DNA of 64,000 bases, taken from NCBI GenBank assembly GCA_951406725.2, contig OX597819.1:75764001-75828000 (forward strand), in the 5' to 3' direction. The notes under the pieces are model-generated. The model was not told where the DNA came from, ran no database searches, and saw only the letters and a list, made by a program, of their open reading frames with translations. This document shows, in pieces, positions 29,451 through 41,646 of the stretch. Origin of the DNA: Octopus vulgaris (taxonomy: Eukaryota). A program made the translations under genes and the position numbers. Position 1 is the first letter of the stretch. Each line of letters begins with the position of its first letter.

Positions 29451-30215
29451 GATGAAAATTGTGTGTTCGAATGGAAAATATATTTAGAGTGCTTAAAGGT
29501 AATTGCATACATCACTTTTATTGGACCATTTTACATGGATTAAGTAATGATATGGATGTGATGTCGATGGTCAATGGTGTTCAAAGAATTATTACAGTCA
29601 GAAGCAGAAAAAGAGGTAGTTTCTGTGCGCATGCGTGCACGTTAGAAGATAAAGCCAAACCCAAAAAGTAAAGCAAATAAAGAAGATAAAATCAAAAAAG
29701 TTAACAAATATGAAAACAGAAGAAAGAAAACCCGAAGCATTGTTAAAAAATTTTAAATGCTGGATTGTGTTCGTGCAATTTGATCTCTCCAATAAAGTTT
29801 TTTATAGGAAATAAAGAGGGGCTTATGCGGTTTGTCAGTTGATATACGGAGTTTTTTTCTGAAGAGCTTCCATATTGAGCATTAGACACAGAAGTGATAA
29901 AACATACATATTTACACCCATAAACACATTCTCTCTCTCTCTTTCTCTCTCTCTCACACACACATACACACATACACTTACACACATGCATTCATACATG
30001 GTTCTTTCATTAGGTTGTTTAATAGCTTTACAGGGAATTAGTAGAATGCTAGAGAATGAGTAGAGTGTTAGTAGTATCGATTAGCAGTGCCGCTTCACTT
30101 ACAAAACCTGCTAATGTTAACTTTATTTTTGTCTTTTACTGGGATAGATTTCACAGACAGCCCTAAAATTTGTGGCCATGGATTATTATTATTATTATTG
30201 CTGTTGTTGTTGTTG

Positions 30216-30256
<41 letters not shown>

Positions 30257-30803
30257 GAGTGAGAGAGCAGCGCATGCCATCAAAGTGACACTGGGGTAAA
30301 ATATACGAAGCCCGGTATACCCATCATGACTACCCGTCTGTTAAGGGTACACCAAGCACATGCATCACAACCATATGTGCGCGACATGGTGATCTCATAT
30401 CAAGATAAACAGCGCATGACCATGCAGGTGGAGCCCAGTTAGAATTTTCTTCTGGTCGAATAACCCATCCCGCTCGAAAGGTCCCTGAATAAGGGTTGTT
30501 TAAGGATGTTGTACGAACCACCCATGTTTCCAGAGGTGAATTATTCAAACCCCAAAGTATCCATCTCAAAACATGGCTATGATGCTCCCCCACTACTTCT
30601 ACTTGTGATCAGAGATGCACATATCGTCAGCTACTAAGGGACATGCTCAACCGGTTAAGGTCAAGCTAATGACAAGTAAATCTGTGGTATTGAGCATAAT
30701 ATTTGCTGTAGCCCATCTTTTATACCAAGATAAAACAATGTACATGATAACACTTCCAATCAGTTAAGATCAGAAGCCATGAGAACCACTGCCTGGTACT
30801 GCA

Positions 30804-30804
<1 letters not shown>
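30257..30804 (-). mobile_element. About 550-bp non-coding element inserted in (TAA)n, possibly non-autonomous R4/Dong-related
   Basis: Sharp GC-richer block between two (TTA)n tracts, with no convincing ORF. Orientation and family are inferred only. Confidence 0.5.
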
Positions 30805-30849
<45 letters not shown>

Positions 30850-30851
30850 GC

Positions 30852-31042
30852 TAGCTGGCAGAAACGTTAGCACGCTGAGCGAAATGCTTAGCAGTATTTC
30901 GTCTGGCTTTACGTTCGCCGAGGTCGAATTTGCCTTTCATCCTTACTGGGTCGATAAATTAAGTACTAGTTGCGTACTGGGGTCGATCTAATCGACTGGA
31001 ATCCTCCTCTAAAATTTCGGGCCTTGTGCCTAGAGTAGAAAA

Positions 31043-31087
<45 letters not shown>

Positions 31088-31278
31088 GGTAGTGAGCTGG
31101 CAAAACTTTTAGCACTCCGGGCAAAACGCTCAGCGGCATTTCGTCCTGAGTTCAAATTCTGTCATTGCATCCTTCCGTGGTCGATAAAATAAGTATCATT
31201 TGAGCTATTGGGTCAATGTAATGGACTCACCCCCTCCCTCGATATTGCTGGCCTTGCGCCAAAAATTTCAAACCAATA
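30852..31278 (+). mobile_element. Two family A SINEs separated by (TTA)n
   Basis: Family A head and core at 30852-31042 and 31086-31278. Confidence 0.75.
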
Positions 31279-33193
31279 CTAATGATAATAGTGATTTTTT
31301 CTAGACTCGCGAACAAAAGTACCAACTTAATATTGAGTCGATTCAATTGTCTGTACTCCGTTTAAAAAGCGGTCCAGTAGCATGAACGGTAAGTATTTCA
31401 TATTTCCTGTACAAAATAATAAAAATACTGAAATATTTGTTTTTCAAGCAGATGACTTCCCTAAGTAATTTATGCTAATGTATGCTAATTTATAATTTGA
31501 ACTAGTCTACCATTTGATTGTCTTCACACCACTTCAGCAATCAAATATCGCAAAGATGTAAAAGATCTTAACATACCTAGAGTTGTCTCCCGTGCAAGGC
31601 TAAATATTTATAATATTTGTCATTAAGCCAATATTTTCTTTTTGTCATCACGTAATTATTTCCGGTAGGATTTTTGATGCTCACGATAATAGGTGCTAAC
31701 TTACATAGGGTTACACTATCGAGGCGAAAGCGTGATATCTGGGATATAAGGCTATTTTCTAGCAAGTTCTCGTTCGGTTGGGGCAAGATATGCAATTGAA
31801 CTCAAAAGTACAAACTAACCCATAACTCTTTGATCGTATAGTGTTACTTGGTATTAAGATTGTTAAATAATACCACTCTAAGTAAAAATGGATGGACAGG
31901 TTATTGAGTTTTAAGTTTGTTGACTTTCAACACAACGCAATACCAGACATAACGCTTGAAGTGCTGACATTTCGGCTGATTAGCTGTTACTATATCAACA
32001 TGGATGACAAGACGATTAATAAATACATTTATAAGTATCTCACATACATTTCACTTATCAAACAGCTATGGTTAATTAATTTTGTGGTCTTTAAACTTCT
32101 AAAAGGCTAGTATCTAGTGCAGATTTGTACTTTAAGGTTTAGCGAATCAGAGTAACAGTTTTCCACTAGCTAGAACAATGCAGAAAGCTTATCTAGAAAT
32201 TAGGAGTTTTATTTCAAGATAATTATAAAATTAAATGGAAAGATGGTGTACAGAAAATATATGTGTTCCCTTGTGAAACATTGAAACACTCCAGCTCTCA
32301 GACTTCAAGTCTATAAGTTAACATATGCTACTCTCGTGGAGAGTATGAATACCATAAACTCCCACCTATCTTTCCTCTAAATTTAAGAGAATTCGAACTT
32401 GGGTGGAAAAGATGAAGTTCATCAATCGAAACAACGAGGACCATCTAGTCATCCTAGGATTTGGGTCCAAGTCTTGAAGTCTGATTAATGACTTTGCTTA
32501 AAGAAGAGTTGCGTACCATCACTCTTTCGACAGTGACAAACTTCAATTCCTTGGCAAGACCAGATCAAGCCGGCTGGAAATGGAGACGGATGCAGTAGAT
32601 TATCAAAGTGTCTTATTTGTCTCACCTTGCTTTCTACACTCCGCAATGCAGTGAATTACAAATTGGTGAGCTTCAACTCGCTAAGTGAGATATACTGTAA
32701 ATATATTGACTATAGGTCACTAAGTCAGATATAATGTAGAGATATGAGATAAGTAGAACTTACTTGTAAAATCAATTCGAATCTTTATTTATACAAAATC
32801 AAGTTTAAATCTTTCTCTTCCATTCTTTGATAATATCTATGTATATATTATTTTAAACTAAAAAAACATACATCAATAATTACACTAGTGTTTGCTTTCT
32901 TTGTAATGCACTTATCAACATCAAAGACAATTATTTATATTTTTTAAAGATAACTATTTATGAAATAGATATAAACGTTCTAAAAAACAGTGCACAGAGA
33001 TTTGAAATCTCACAAATCTTATTGGTTGATGAAAATGACATTTGGGCCGTTAATTTAATTGCGGTTTGATTTTTAAAATTGATGGTATAGTTGTACATGC
33101 TCTATCAGTCACAAATAAAGACAAGCATACATATATGTATACACTGACATATGAATAATACATATATGTAAACACACATATACTCCCGCATAT

Positions 33194-33245
<52 letters not shown>

Positions 33246-34245
33246 GTACAAATGTGTTTATATGCATATAATAATATATGTATACTATTCAATTAGTCAT
33301 CTTTTATAAATTTATTCTTGCTATACATATCACCCTACATTCATACATTAAATTCTACTGTAGTGCATCTTTAGTTTAGAATATCTATATAGCCTCACCG
33401 ATCCTATAGATTCTATAGACATCATAGAATATCGATAATATCAATAGCTGACATGCTGCCTTGTTATTTCGTACTATTTTTGCATCAGTCAATGGCGACA
33501 TTTTAATTAAACATTCTAAGAATCAATACTTTTTCTGTCAAAGTATGTCAGCCAGAAAATATTAATTTCATATAATGCGCGTTAACTTACATCAAATTAC
33601 ACAGTATGGATCGAAAGGTTTTCATGAATCTTGTTTCTTTTCCACTTGTCCTACGACAACTATAAATACAACATTCTTGTCAATCAAAGAATGGAAGGGA
33701 AAGATTTAAACTTGATTTATATAAATAAAAATCAGAATTGGCCTGTGACGTAGGAAGTCAAGGGAGTGTCAGTCGAGTAGACAGTCATTAGATAATCTTG
33801 TCTAACGACCTATACTGCTATACCGGAATGGGCGTTATAACAGTCCGACAGTGGATTATATATATGCATGTATAAAATGATAGGGAGACACAAAGGAAAG
33901 GAAAAATTCAGTGCAATAATAAACTACATTAAGAAGTTCATATATGTGCGAGAATGCAAACACTAACCATGTATTATCACGAAAGTATAATAATACAGAG
34001 CTGAAACGATGTAAACATCTACAACAGCTATAAATGCAGCATTCTTGTCTATCAAAGAATGGAAGAGAAATATTTAAACTTGAGTTATATAAATAAAGAT
34101 TCAGATTGGCCTCATGAGTGTGTTCTACTTATCTCAAATGCCTATGTTATATATGACTTAGTGACCTGAAGCTCATCAATTTGTAATTCACTTAAGCATA
34201 GTGAGTGAAACATATTCTGACCTGATTTATGATCTAGTTTTCTAA

Positions 34246-34327
34246 GCCAGGTGGTGCTATTAAGTTAGACATGACCTGGGCCAATACTGGCTAAAACCTT
34301 TCTAAGTTATTCTAAGTTATTCTAAGT
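34246..34327 (+). mobile_element. Extreme 3' stub of the CR1-group LINE
   Basis: Near-identical to 5925-6000, ending in about 2.8 copies of TTCTAAGTTA. Confidence 0.9.
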
Positions 34328-34635
34328 ATTAATGATTCGAAATCCAAACCCAGATCAGGATCATTATAGGGTCAAACCGTTTTTATAACCGTACCACGTT
34401 TACAAATATTCCTTTCCCATTCTTTGGACTCAAATACTATAGTTCCCTACCAAATATAATGTTAACTAAATCAACGCTGCATAGACGCTTAACCAGATGA
34501 AGGAAACGGGCTGCAAATGCGATTGCAAGATGTGTATGCTACAGAAACGTACGTCGGAAAGATTTAAATTAAATATAATATATAGTTGACTGTAAAAATA
34601 AAAAAAAAAAAAAAAATGTGCAGATGTATTCTTTT

Positions 34636-34727
34636 CTGCATGTAGCTCAGTCCGTAGAGCATCAGACTTTTATGAGTTAACCTTAGAAGTTATTTGAAGG
34701 TCGATAGTTTGAGTCCGTCTACGGGCG
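34636..34727 (+). pseudogene. tRNA-Lys(TTT) pseudogene with a 19-nt intron at the canonical 37/38 position
   Basis: TAGCTCAGTCCGTAGAGCATCAGACTTTTA matches the eukaryotic tRNA-Lys D and anticodon arms. Insert 34673-34691 is followed by ATTTGA-AGGTC-GATAG-TTTGAGT-CCGTC-TACGGGCG. The acceptor stem is disrupted and the T-loop mutated. Confidence 0.7.
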
Positions 34728-34903
34728 CATCCTTATTGAAAGGCGGTACTCCAGCATAGCTCCGGCCTCTAGCTGAAACCAGTACCACATTAAAAGAACA
34801 CACACACATGTATGTAGTTCGAATATTTGCTACTACCACCGAGATCTGCACCCGCGGTCGGCTTCACCCGATACATATATATGTATGAGATTTATTATTG
34901 CTA

Positions 34904-35005
<102 letters not shown>

Positions 35006-35016
35006 CCTATCTATAT

Positions 35017-35250
35017 CAAAGCAGTTTGATTCAAACACCTTGGTACTCTGAGTTTCATGCCTGTGGCTAATCTTCGGCCATTGGGGTCTGACCCCAATGG
35101 CCAAAGACTTGCCACACGCTTGAAACTCAGAGTACCAAGGTGTTTGAATCAAACTGCTTTGCTCTATACATGTAACTACCTATAAATGTGTTATCATATC
35201 ATATGTATATATGATATGATACGGTTTGCGGGTGAGAAGCCACATCCAGA
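35017..35250 (+). mobile_element. PLE-type inverted-repeat element, family 4 (72-bp arms plus tail)
   Basis: Hairpin 35017-35161 is centred at 35089 with a few mismatches and has a tail of about 90 bp. It lies between (TATC)n and (TA)n. Confidence 0.7.
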
Positions 35251-36120
35251 GATATATATATATTTACATATACATATGTATTCACATAGCCACATAATAT
35301 GCTCATATATCCACATATACACTTATAGAAACACTTATAAATATTAGTCAATACATATCTATAGATGTACAAACGATTACAAAATGTACATAAATAAATT
35401 AGCTAACCGGACATGTACACCACTAAAAGAACCCAAACAAATATAAAAGCATCGAGACAAATAAACTAATGGGAGTGGGGAATTGTCAACAGTTTCATGG
35501 CTCCACTAATACATCATCTAAGCAAACTTTGCTATCACACAGTTAGTCTGGCTACCTTCTTCGTTTTCAGCTACGTTGTTCTCATTTCTACTCAAATCAT
35601 ACGGAAAGGAAAAGTAAAGTACATTTCAAAGAAATAAATATATTTATTCGGGATTATCTTTTACATGTGTCTGTTAGTCTATCAGAATCTTAGATACCTA
35701 ATTATGTGTATGTGTGTATTTGAGTTTATGCCGCTTTAAAAATCAATAATTTTATTTATACTTTGTTCCTTCATATGCCGTAATGAAACCGATGATCGAT
35801 AAAAAAAAAGGTCCAGACTGAAAAAAGTACTGGAGCCGATATGAGCGACTGCAATCTTTGAAAAGAGTGGCCCAATATGGCCGCGGCGCAAGCATTAGAA
35901 GCATTAAAAGAGTAAGAGAGTAAAACAGTTAAAATTGATTTTAAAAGCAAATATTCAGGAATTTTAACATTCACAAAAAACAAAAAGAAATATCATAGCT
36001 TCAATATCAGTTATTTCTATATAGAGAAGCAACATCAAATATTGAAATAACTAGAACAATAGAATTACTAAACATTATTGGTTATGTTTTGTTCTTTCCC
36101 CTTGACTCTCTCTCTCTCTT

Positions 36121-36153
<33 letters not shown>

Positions 36154-36384
36154 TTCTCTCTCTCTTCTAAAGATATACGTGCATGCATATGTACAGAAAC
36201 AGACACACACATATATATGTATATACACACATATATATGTACAAAAACATAAACATATACATGTATACATACACATACATATACTATATATACGTATTAT
36301 ACATACACATACACATTCATATTTTACATATAAACTATTACAACTGCACACATAGTCATGTCTGTTTAAGTCCGTGTATGCGCT

Positions 36385-36437
<53 letters not shown>

Positions 36438-36604
36438 ATACACCGACATGTATACATGCGTGTGTATGTATGTAATATATATGTGTATATATGTTTATAT
36501 ATATATTATGCTTATGTATTTTTACGTATATATAAACATGCATTATGCATATAAAATATGCATTGATACACATATGGATATATCAGCTCATATACATACA
36601 TACA

Positions 36605-36638
<34 letters not shown>

Positions 36639-36938
36639 CATACATATATATATATATGTATGTATGTATGTATTTCTCTTTCTCTCTCTCTGCGCGTATG
36701 TATATATATCCATACCTCTGTATAGGGAAACACACAGGCGCACATATATTTTTATCTCTTTCAAAAGTACATAAATTATGTGTGTGTATGAATATTTATA
36801 TATGTATGCGTCTATACATACATACATACATACATATATACACACATATATATACGTACATATACGTACTTATATATGCATACATATATACACGTACATA
36901 TATCTATATATACATATACGCACATATATATGCACAAA

Positions 36939-37321
36939 CTAGCAGTATCGCCCGGCGTTGCTCAGGTTTGTAAGGGAAATAACTATAAAGCATTTTTAGA
37001 GAGTTATAGCCAAAAAATTGCAATAAAACGGAAAAAAATGATGGTAAATATTTTTTGAGATTTAAAAAAGGTGGAGTTGCACCCCTAGATAGTTTGTGGT
37101 TCGTGCTTCTGATTCTCGACCCCATGTCGAATTTATCGATTTTTTTCAGAACTGGGGGAACTTTTCAAAATTTTCGCTGCGTTAGTTTTGAATTATGACA
37201 TTGGGCTATGTGTGTGTCAAGTTTCATCAGAATCGGTTGAAAGCCGTGGTCAGGGTGAGGGTACAAGCAAACAGACACACAGAAACACGCACAGACAAAC
37301 TGCCGTTTATATATAGAGAGA
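36939..37321 (-). mobile_element. Non-autonomous Helitron-type element
   Basis: On minus it begins A|TCTCTCTATATATAAA and ends with a GC-rich hairpin (cctgagcaacgccgggc) followed by CTAG|T. These are canonical Helitron termini at an AT target. Confidence 0.7.
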
Positions 37322-38094
37322 TATATACACGTACATAAATGTGCATATATATATATATATATATATATACTTACATACATGCATACATACACATACAAAC
37401 ACAGACTTATACACACACGCTCACATATATGGCGTAAGTATTTTTTCTAATTCATTTTAATCATATTCCTCTATGAAATACTTCTTTGTAGCTTTCTTTC
37501 CGCCATCTCGTCTGCAAAATTGCTTTTTAACTTTCCCTTACGTTACTTTTATATTATTATTTTTTTGAAAGTTTTCTGAATGTTTATTACACTTTTGTCA
37601 AAAAATTATCTGCCTTTTCTTTGTCTTAATCAGATAATTTTCAAATGCGTTTTTACTTTTTTTGTTGAAGTTTAATCTAGGCTTCAGGTCCTAACGTACA
37701 TAGTTGCTAGAACACATTTTTATCAGATTGAGAGATTGAATGATTGAAACAGACAGACAGATAGACAAATAATGCATATACCAGCAAAGAGACAGAAATA
37801 TAAATAAATGCACCACGCGTACTCACACTTATATATTGATTGATAGTTTAAACAGAGAAGATAGAAAAATGTGTTCCTGTGGATATATTTATGTACGTAT
37901 ATGCATGCGCATGCAAGAACATGTTTGCTTGGAAGCACATGTATGCATGTACGTATACACAAACACGGTCACACACACATACACACAAACACACACGCGT
38001 TAACAGACACACAAACACGCTTGCACACAAATTCACGCAGTTTCCTGCTGAAAGCCATATAGATGATATGTTTACGGTGATCAAACGTTTGTGT

Positions 38095-38250
38095 TCATAG
38101 AAGCTCATTCCTTCCATCAACTCGACATAGCCTGCGCACAAGTGTGTCACGTGTCAGATTTCGAAATGATCGCAGAGCAACGTGAAATGAAACCTGCTTT
38201 GCGGTGCCCCGGCCGAAAATCGAACCCATGATCCAACAATCCGAGTAAAC
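38095..38250 (-). mobile_element. SINE family C fragment
   Basis: gagcaacgtgaaatgaa...ccggccgaaaatcgaacccatgatc. Confidence 0.6.
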
Positions 38251-38348
38251 AATCCTTCCCGATATGGATACACACACACACACGCACACATACACACACA
38301 CACATATATATATGTATATATACATACACACACACGCACGAATGCATG

Positions 38349-38386
<38 letters not shown>

Positions 38387-38388
<2 letters not shown>

Positions 38389-39188
38389 TAAAATATTATT
38401 AGAGACAAAACCACTATTTTGCAAAACAAACAAGGAAAGACTTAATCAATACATAAAATTTTTATAAATAGTCAAAAAAACCGCCACTACAATTGTTAAG
38501 TGATGTCCGTTTTCTAGAGCGTGAATGTGGGTTGTATGTGTGTGTGTGGGAGTATGAATAAGTATTGTGTTGAAGTATTTAGCTATTTTATTTATTTATA
38601 GTTGCCTAGACGTTTTTATGTGTTTGTATAGGCATATATATATAGGTGTGTGATTTAGTGTATGTAGTTAGATATGGTTATATATAATTAGTTATATGTG
38701 TATGGGTGTATATATAGTTTATTATTATATTATTATTATTATTTTTTTGTTTTGTTTTATATTTTATATTTTATATTTTATATTTTATATTTTATATTTA
38801 ATTGTTGATAGGTTTATTTTAGTTTATATATTGTTTATATATTGATTATATATGGATTATATATAGGTTATATATGGATTATATATTTATATTTTTTCAT
38901 TCATACTTTAATTATTTTAAAATTATTATTTTTATATTTTAAAATATTGATATTTTAGATTGGAAGTCCACCTGAAGATTGTCGATCAAGACAAGAAACA
39001 ATTGTAGTGGCGGTTTTTTTGACTATTTATTAAAATTTTATGTATTGATTAAGTCTTTCCTTGTTTGTTTTGCAAAATAGTGGTTTTGTCTCTAATAATA
39101 TTTTATAATATTTTACTATAAAATTGGATATAATCCTAAATCTGATTTTTTCCCTGTAAATTTGGATTTATTCCCTAATATTTATTAT

Positions 39189-39190
<2 letters not shown>
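38387..39190 (+). mobile_element. PLE-type inverted-repeat element, family 1 (long copy with hammerhead)
   Basis: 38387-38496 is the inverse of about 38997-39107. A low-complexity spacer separates the arms, a tail of about 85 bp follows, and both flanks are (TA)n. Confidence 0.85.
38968..39010 (+). ncRNA. Minimal type I hammerhead ribozyme
   Basis: CCAC-CUGAAGA-UUGUC(gaucaa)GACAA-GAAA-C(AAUU)G-UA^-GUGG. Full core; predicted cleavage after A39006. Confidence 0.85.
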
Positions 39191-39236
<46 letters not shown>

Positions 39237-39449
39237 TATACATATATATATACACATACATACTTAATACATATTTATATATGCATACATATATACATAT
39301 ATGTATATATGTATATGTATAAACATAGATGTGTATATATGTCTCTCTGTTTTTATATATACATTAATATATTTCATCAAACATCGCAGCATATTAAAAT
39401 ACCTTTAAAGGTGAAAATTATAAACTATTTGCCCTTGTATACATATATG

Positions 39450-39497
<48 letters not shown>

Positions 39498-39519
39498 CAC
39501 ACATGTATACATACATAAA

Positions 39520-39551
<32 letters not shown>

Positions 39552-39560
39552 CATACATAC

Positions 39561-39595
<35 letters not shown>

Positions 39596-39603
<8 letters not shown>

Positions 39604-39975
39604 TTTTTTGCGTAATGAGATAAAAAACCAAGGCTGTATAGATATTAGAGCATTTATAGATAGAAGGTCTTACAGCTGTTTCTAGGATATCAATTAATAG
39701 TATCCCTTCATCGAAGACGGTGTGAGAGGAAAAATTAAGTCATAGTTAGTTTCGATGTGATACAAATAGAGAGTGAGGTTCTAATATCTATACAGCGTTG
39801 GTTTTTTTTTTTATCTCATTACGCAAAACTTCATATATACACACGCTGACATAGAACCAACGTTGAACCCTTTATTCACAGTACTACCGAATCTGGAACT
39901 TAACTATGGTCTGTCTATAGCACTTATTCAGCATTACCTGACACCTTTGGGTCTCAATGACACCATTATCTCTTA
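39596..39975 (+). mobile_element. PLE-type inverted-repeat element, family 5
   Basis: 39596-39649 is inverse to 39780-39837, with a tail of about 135 bp and (TA)n flanks. Confidence 0.7.
39667..39718 (-). ncRNA. Degenerate type I hammerhead
   Basis: GUCU-UCGAUGA-aGGGAUA..UAUCCUa-GAAA-C(AGCU)G-UA^-AGAC. The core starts UC instead of CU and stem II has an A-A mismatch at its base. Confidence 0.55.
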
Positions 39976-40176
39976 TATATATATATATATATATAGATAA
40001 TAAATATTAGGGAATAAATCCAAATTTACAGGGGAAAAAATCAGATTTAGGATTAAATCCAATTTTATAGTAAAATATTATATAATATTAATTCGAGACA
40101 AAACCACTATTTTGCAAAACAAACAAGGAAAGACTTAATCAATACATAAAAATTTTAATATAAAATAAATAAACCG

Positions 40177-40220
40177 CCACTACAATCGTTTCATGTCTTC
40201 AAATGACATTCGTCAGGTGG
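40177..40220 (-). ncRNA. Minimal type I hammerhead ribozyme
   Basis: Exact reverse complement of 40278-40321. Confidence 0.85.
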
Positions 40221-40277
40221 ATTTCCGATCTTCTAATCAGTTTTAAATAATTTAAAACTGATTAGAAGATCGGAAAT

Positions 40278-40321
40278 CCACCTGACGAATGTCATTTGAA
40301 GACATGAAACGATTGTAGTGG
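40278..40321 (+). ncRNA. Minimal type I hammerhead ribozyme
   Basis: CCAC-CUGACGA-AUGUC(auuugaa)GACAU-GAAA-C(GAUU)G-UA^-GUGG. Predicted cleavage after A40317. Confidence 0.85.
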
Positions 40322-41449
40322 CGGTTTATTTATTTTATATTAAAATTTTTATGTATTGATTAAGTCTTTCCTTGTTTGTTTTGCAAAATAGTGGTTTTGT
40401 CTCGAATTAATATTATATATATATATATATATATGCATGTATAAATTGAAAGAGGAACACAAAACAAAGGAATCATAAACTACATTAAGAAAACTCATAT
40501 TTGTGTGAGAATGCAAAATCTAAACATGTATTATGACGAAATTATACAATAGTTAGTCCAATCAGAGCTAACATGGAGTAAACAACTACATACATTCGTG
40601 TTTGAGTTGTTGAAGCTTATGATCTTGCCGTACTTGTCTAACCCTAAATTTATGCTGAACGAGCAAACCTATAATTGCAGTCTCTCTAGCCATGACCATC
40701 CTGCCTTCTGAGACTACCGTATGCAATGTTGATGATAGGCTGTGATCCAGTGAAAATGTGGCTTCTATTCTTGAAACGAATCAAAGAAATAACGATGACT
40801 ACTTGTGTTTATCTGCCTTTTTACTACCACACACACATACATACACACACACACACACGCATACATACACATACATACATATAAACATACATACATACAT
40901 ACATACATCATTAACTCGAAACAACAAACAGCGTATTTGTCGCGGAGGAGAACTATTTATCGAAATACTTTGAATACAATCTCCAGCTTTGAAGCCATAA
41001 CTATCTGCCCTATTAAACAACTGGTAAATCTTCTGATGAATTAACTGAGCGAATCTTTCATTGAAGATCGAAGTTATTTTCGATTGAAACTTGAGTTTAT
41101 CATAGAGAGAGTCATCACAACAACATGGCTGGACACGATAACTTCAAAATTATCATTGAGGACATTAAAAAAAAAATACTGTGCAACATGTTAGAAGATT
41201 CTTTCTAACTGTAGGTATAGAAGAAACCGTATCTATAAACATATTCGTCTTGGAGTTATTAATTGAATACTGATTTGGAAAACTTTCTAGAAGTTGATCA
41301 TTTAAGTATATACGCGCATATCTAGATATGCAACTATATGCATAAGAATACATACATAAAGCAAAATATACAAACCTGCACATGCACTGACTCCAAATAC
41401 AGCGGCATATATACACATACATGCAAGCATACTCTGTTGATGATGCTGA

Positions 41450-41569
41450 AATTCCAGTGAAGCAGCCTTGGATCTAGGTTAGAAACCGGCTCTTTATTGG
41501 CAAGAAATCTTGATATAAAAGTAAATAATGACAAACACACACAAACACCCAGAGTCATACACACGCACG

Positions 41570-41646
<77 letters not shown>

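Larger units (their letters stand above)
39996..40416 (-). mobile_element. PLE-type inverted-repeat element, family 1 (about 167-bp arms, hammerhead in each arm)
   Basis: Hairpin centred on A40249 with tail 39996-40080 and (TA)n flanks. Confidence 0.88.

Noticed and set aside
30420-30500. Possible HDV-like ribozyme in the TAA-inserted element (CTAAC-TGGGC on minus)
   Set aside because: I could not find the matching P2 5' strand or the P1/P3 nesting by eye.
34636-34727. Functional tRNA-Lys gene
   Set aside because: Acceptor stem largely unpaired, T-loop TTC mutated to TTT and D-loop GG altered, so it is called a pseudogene.
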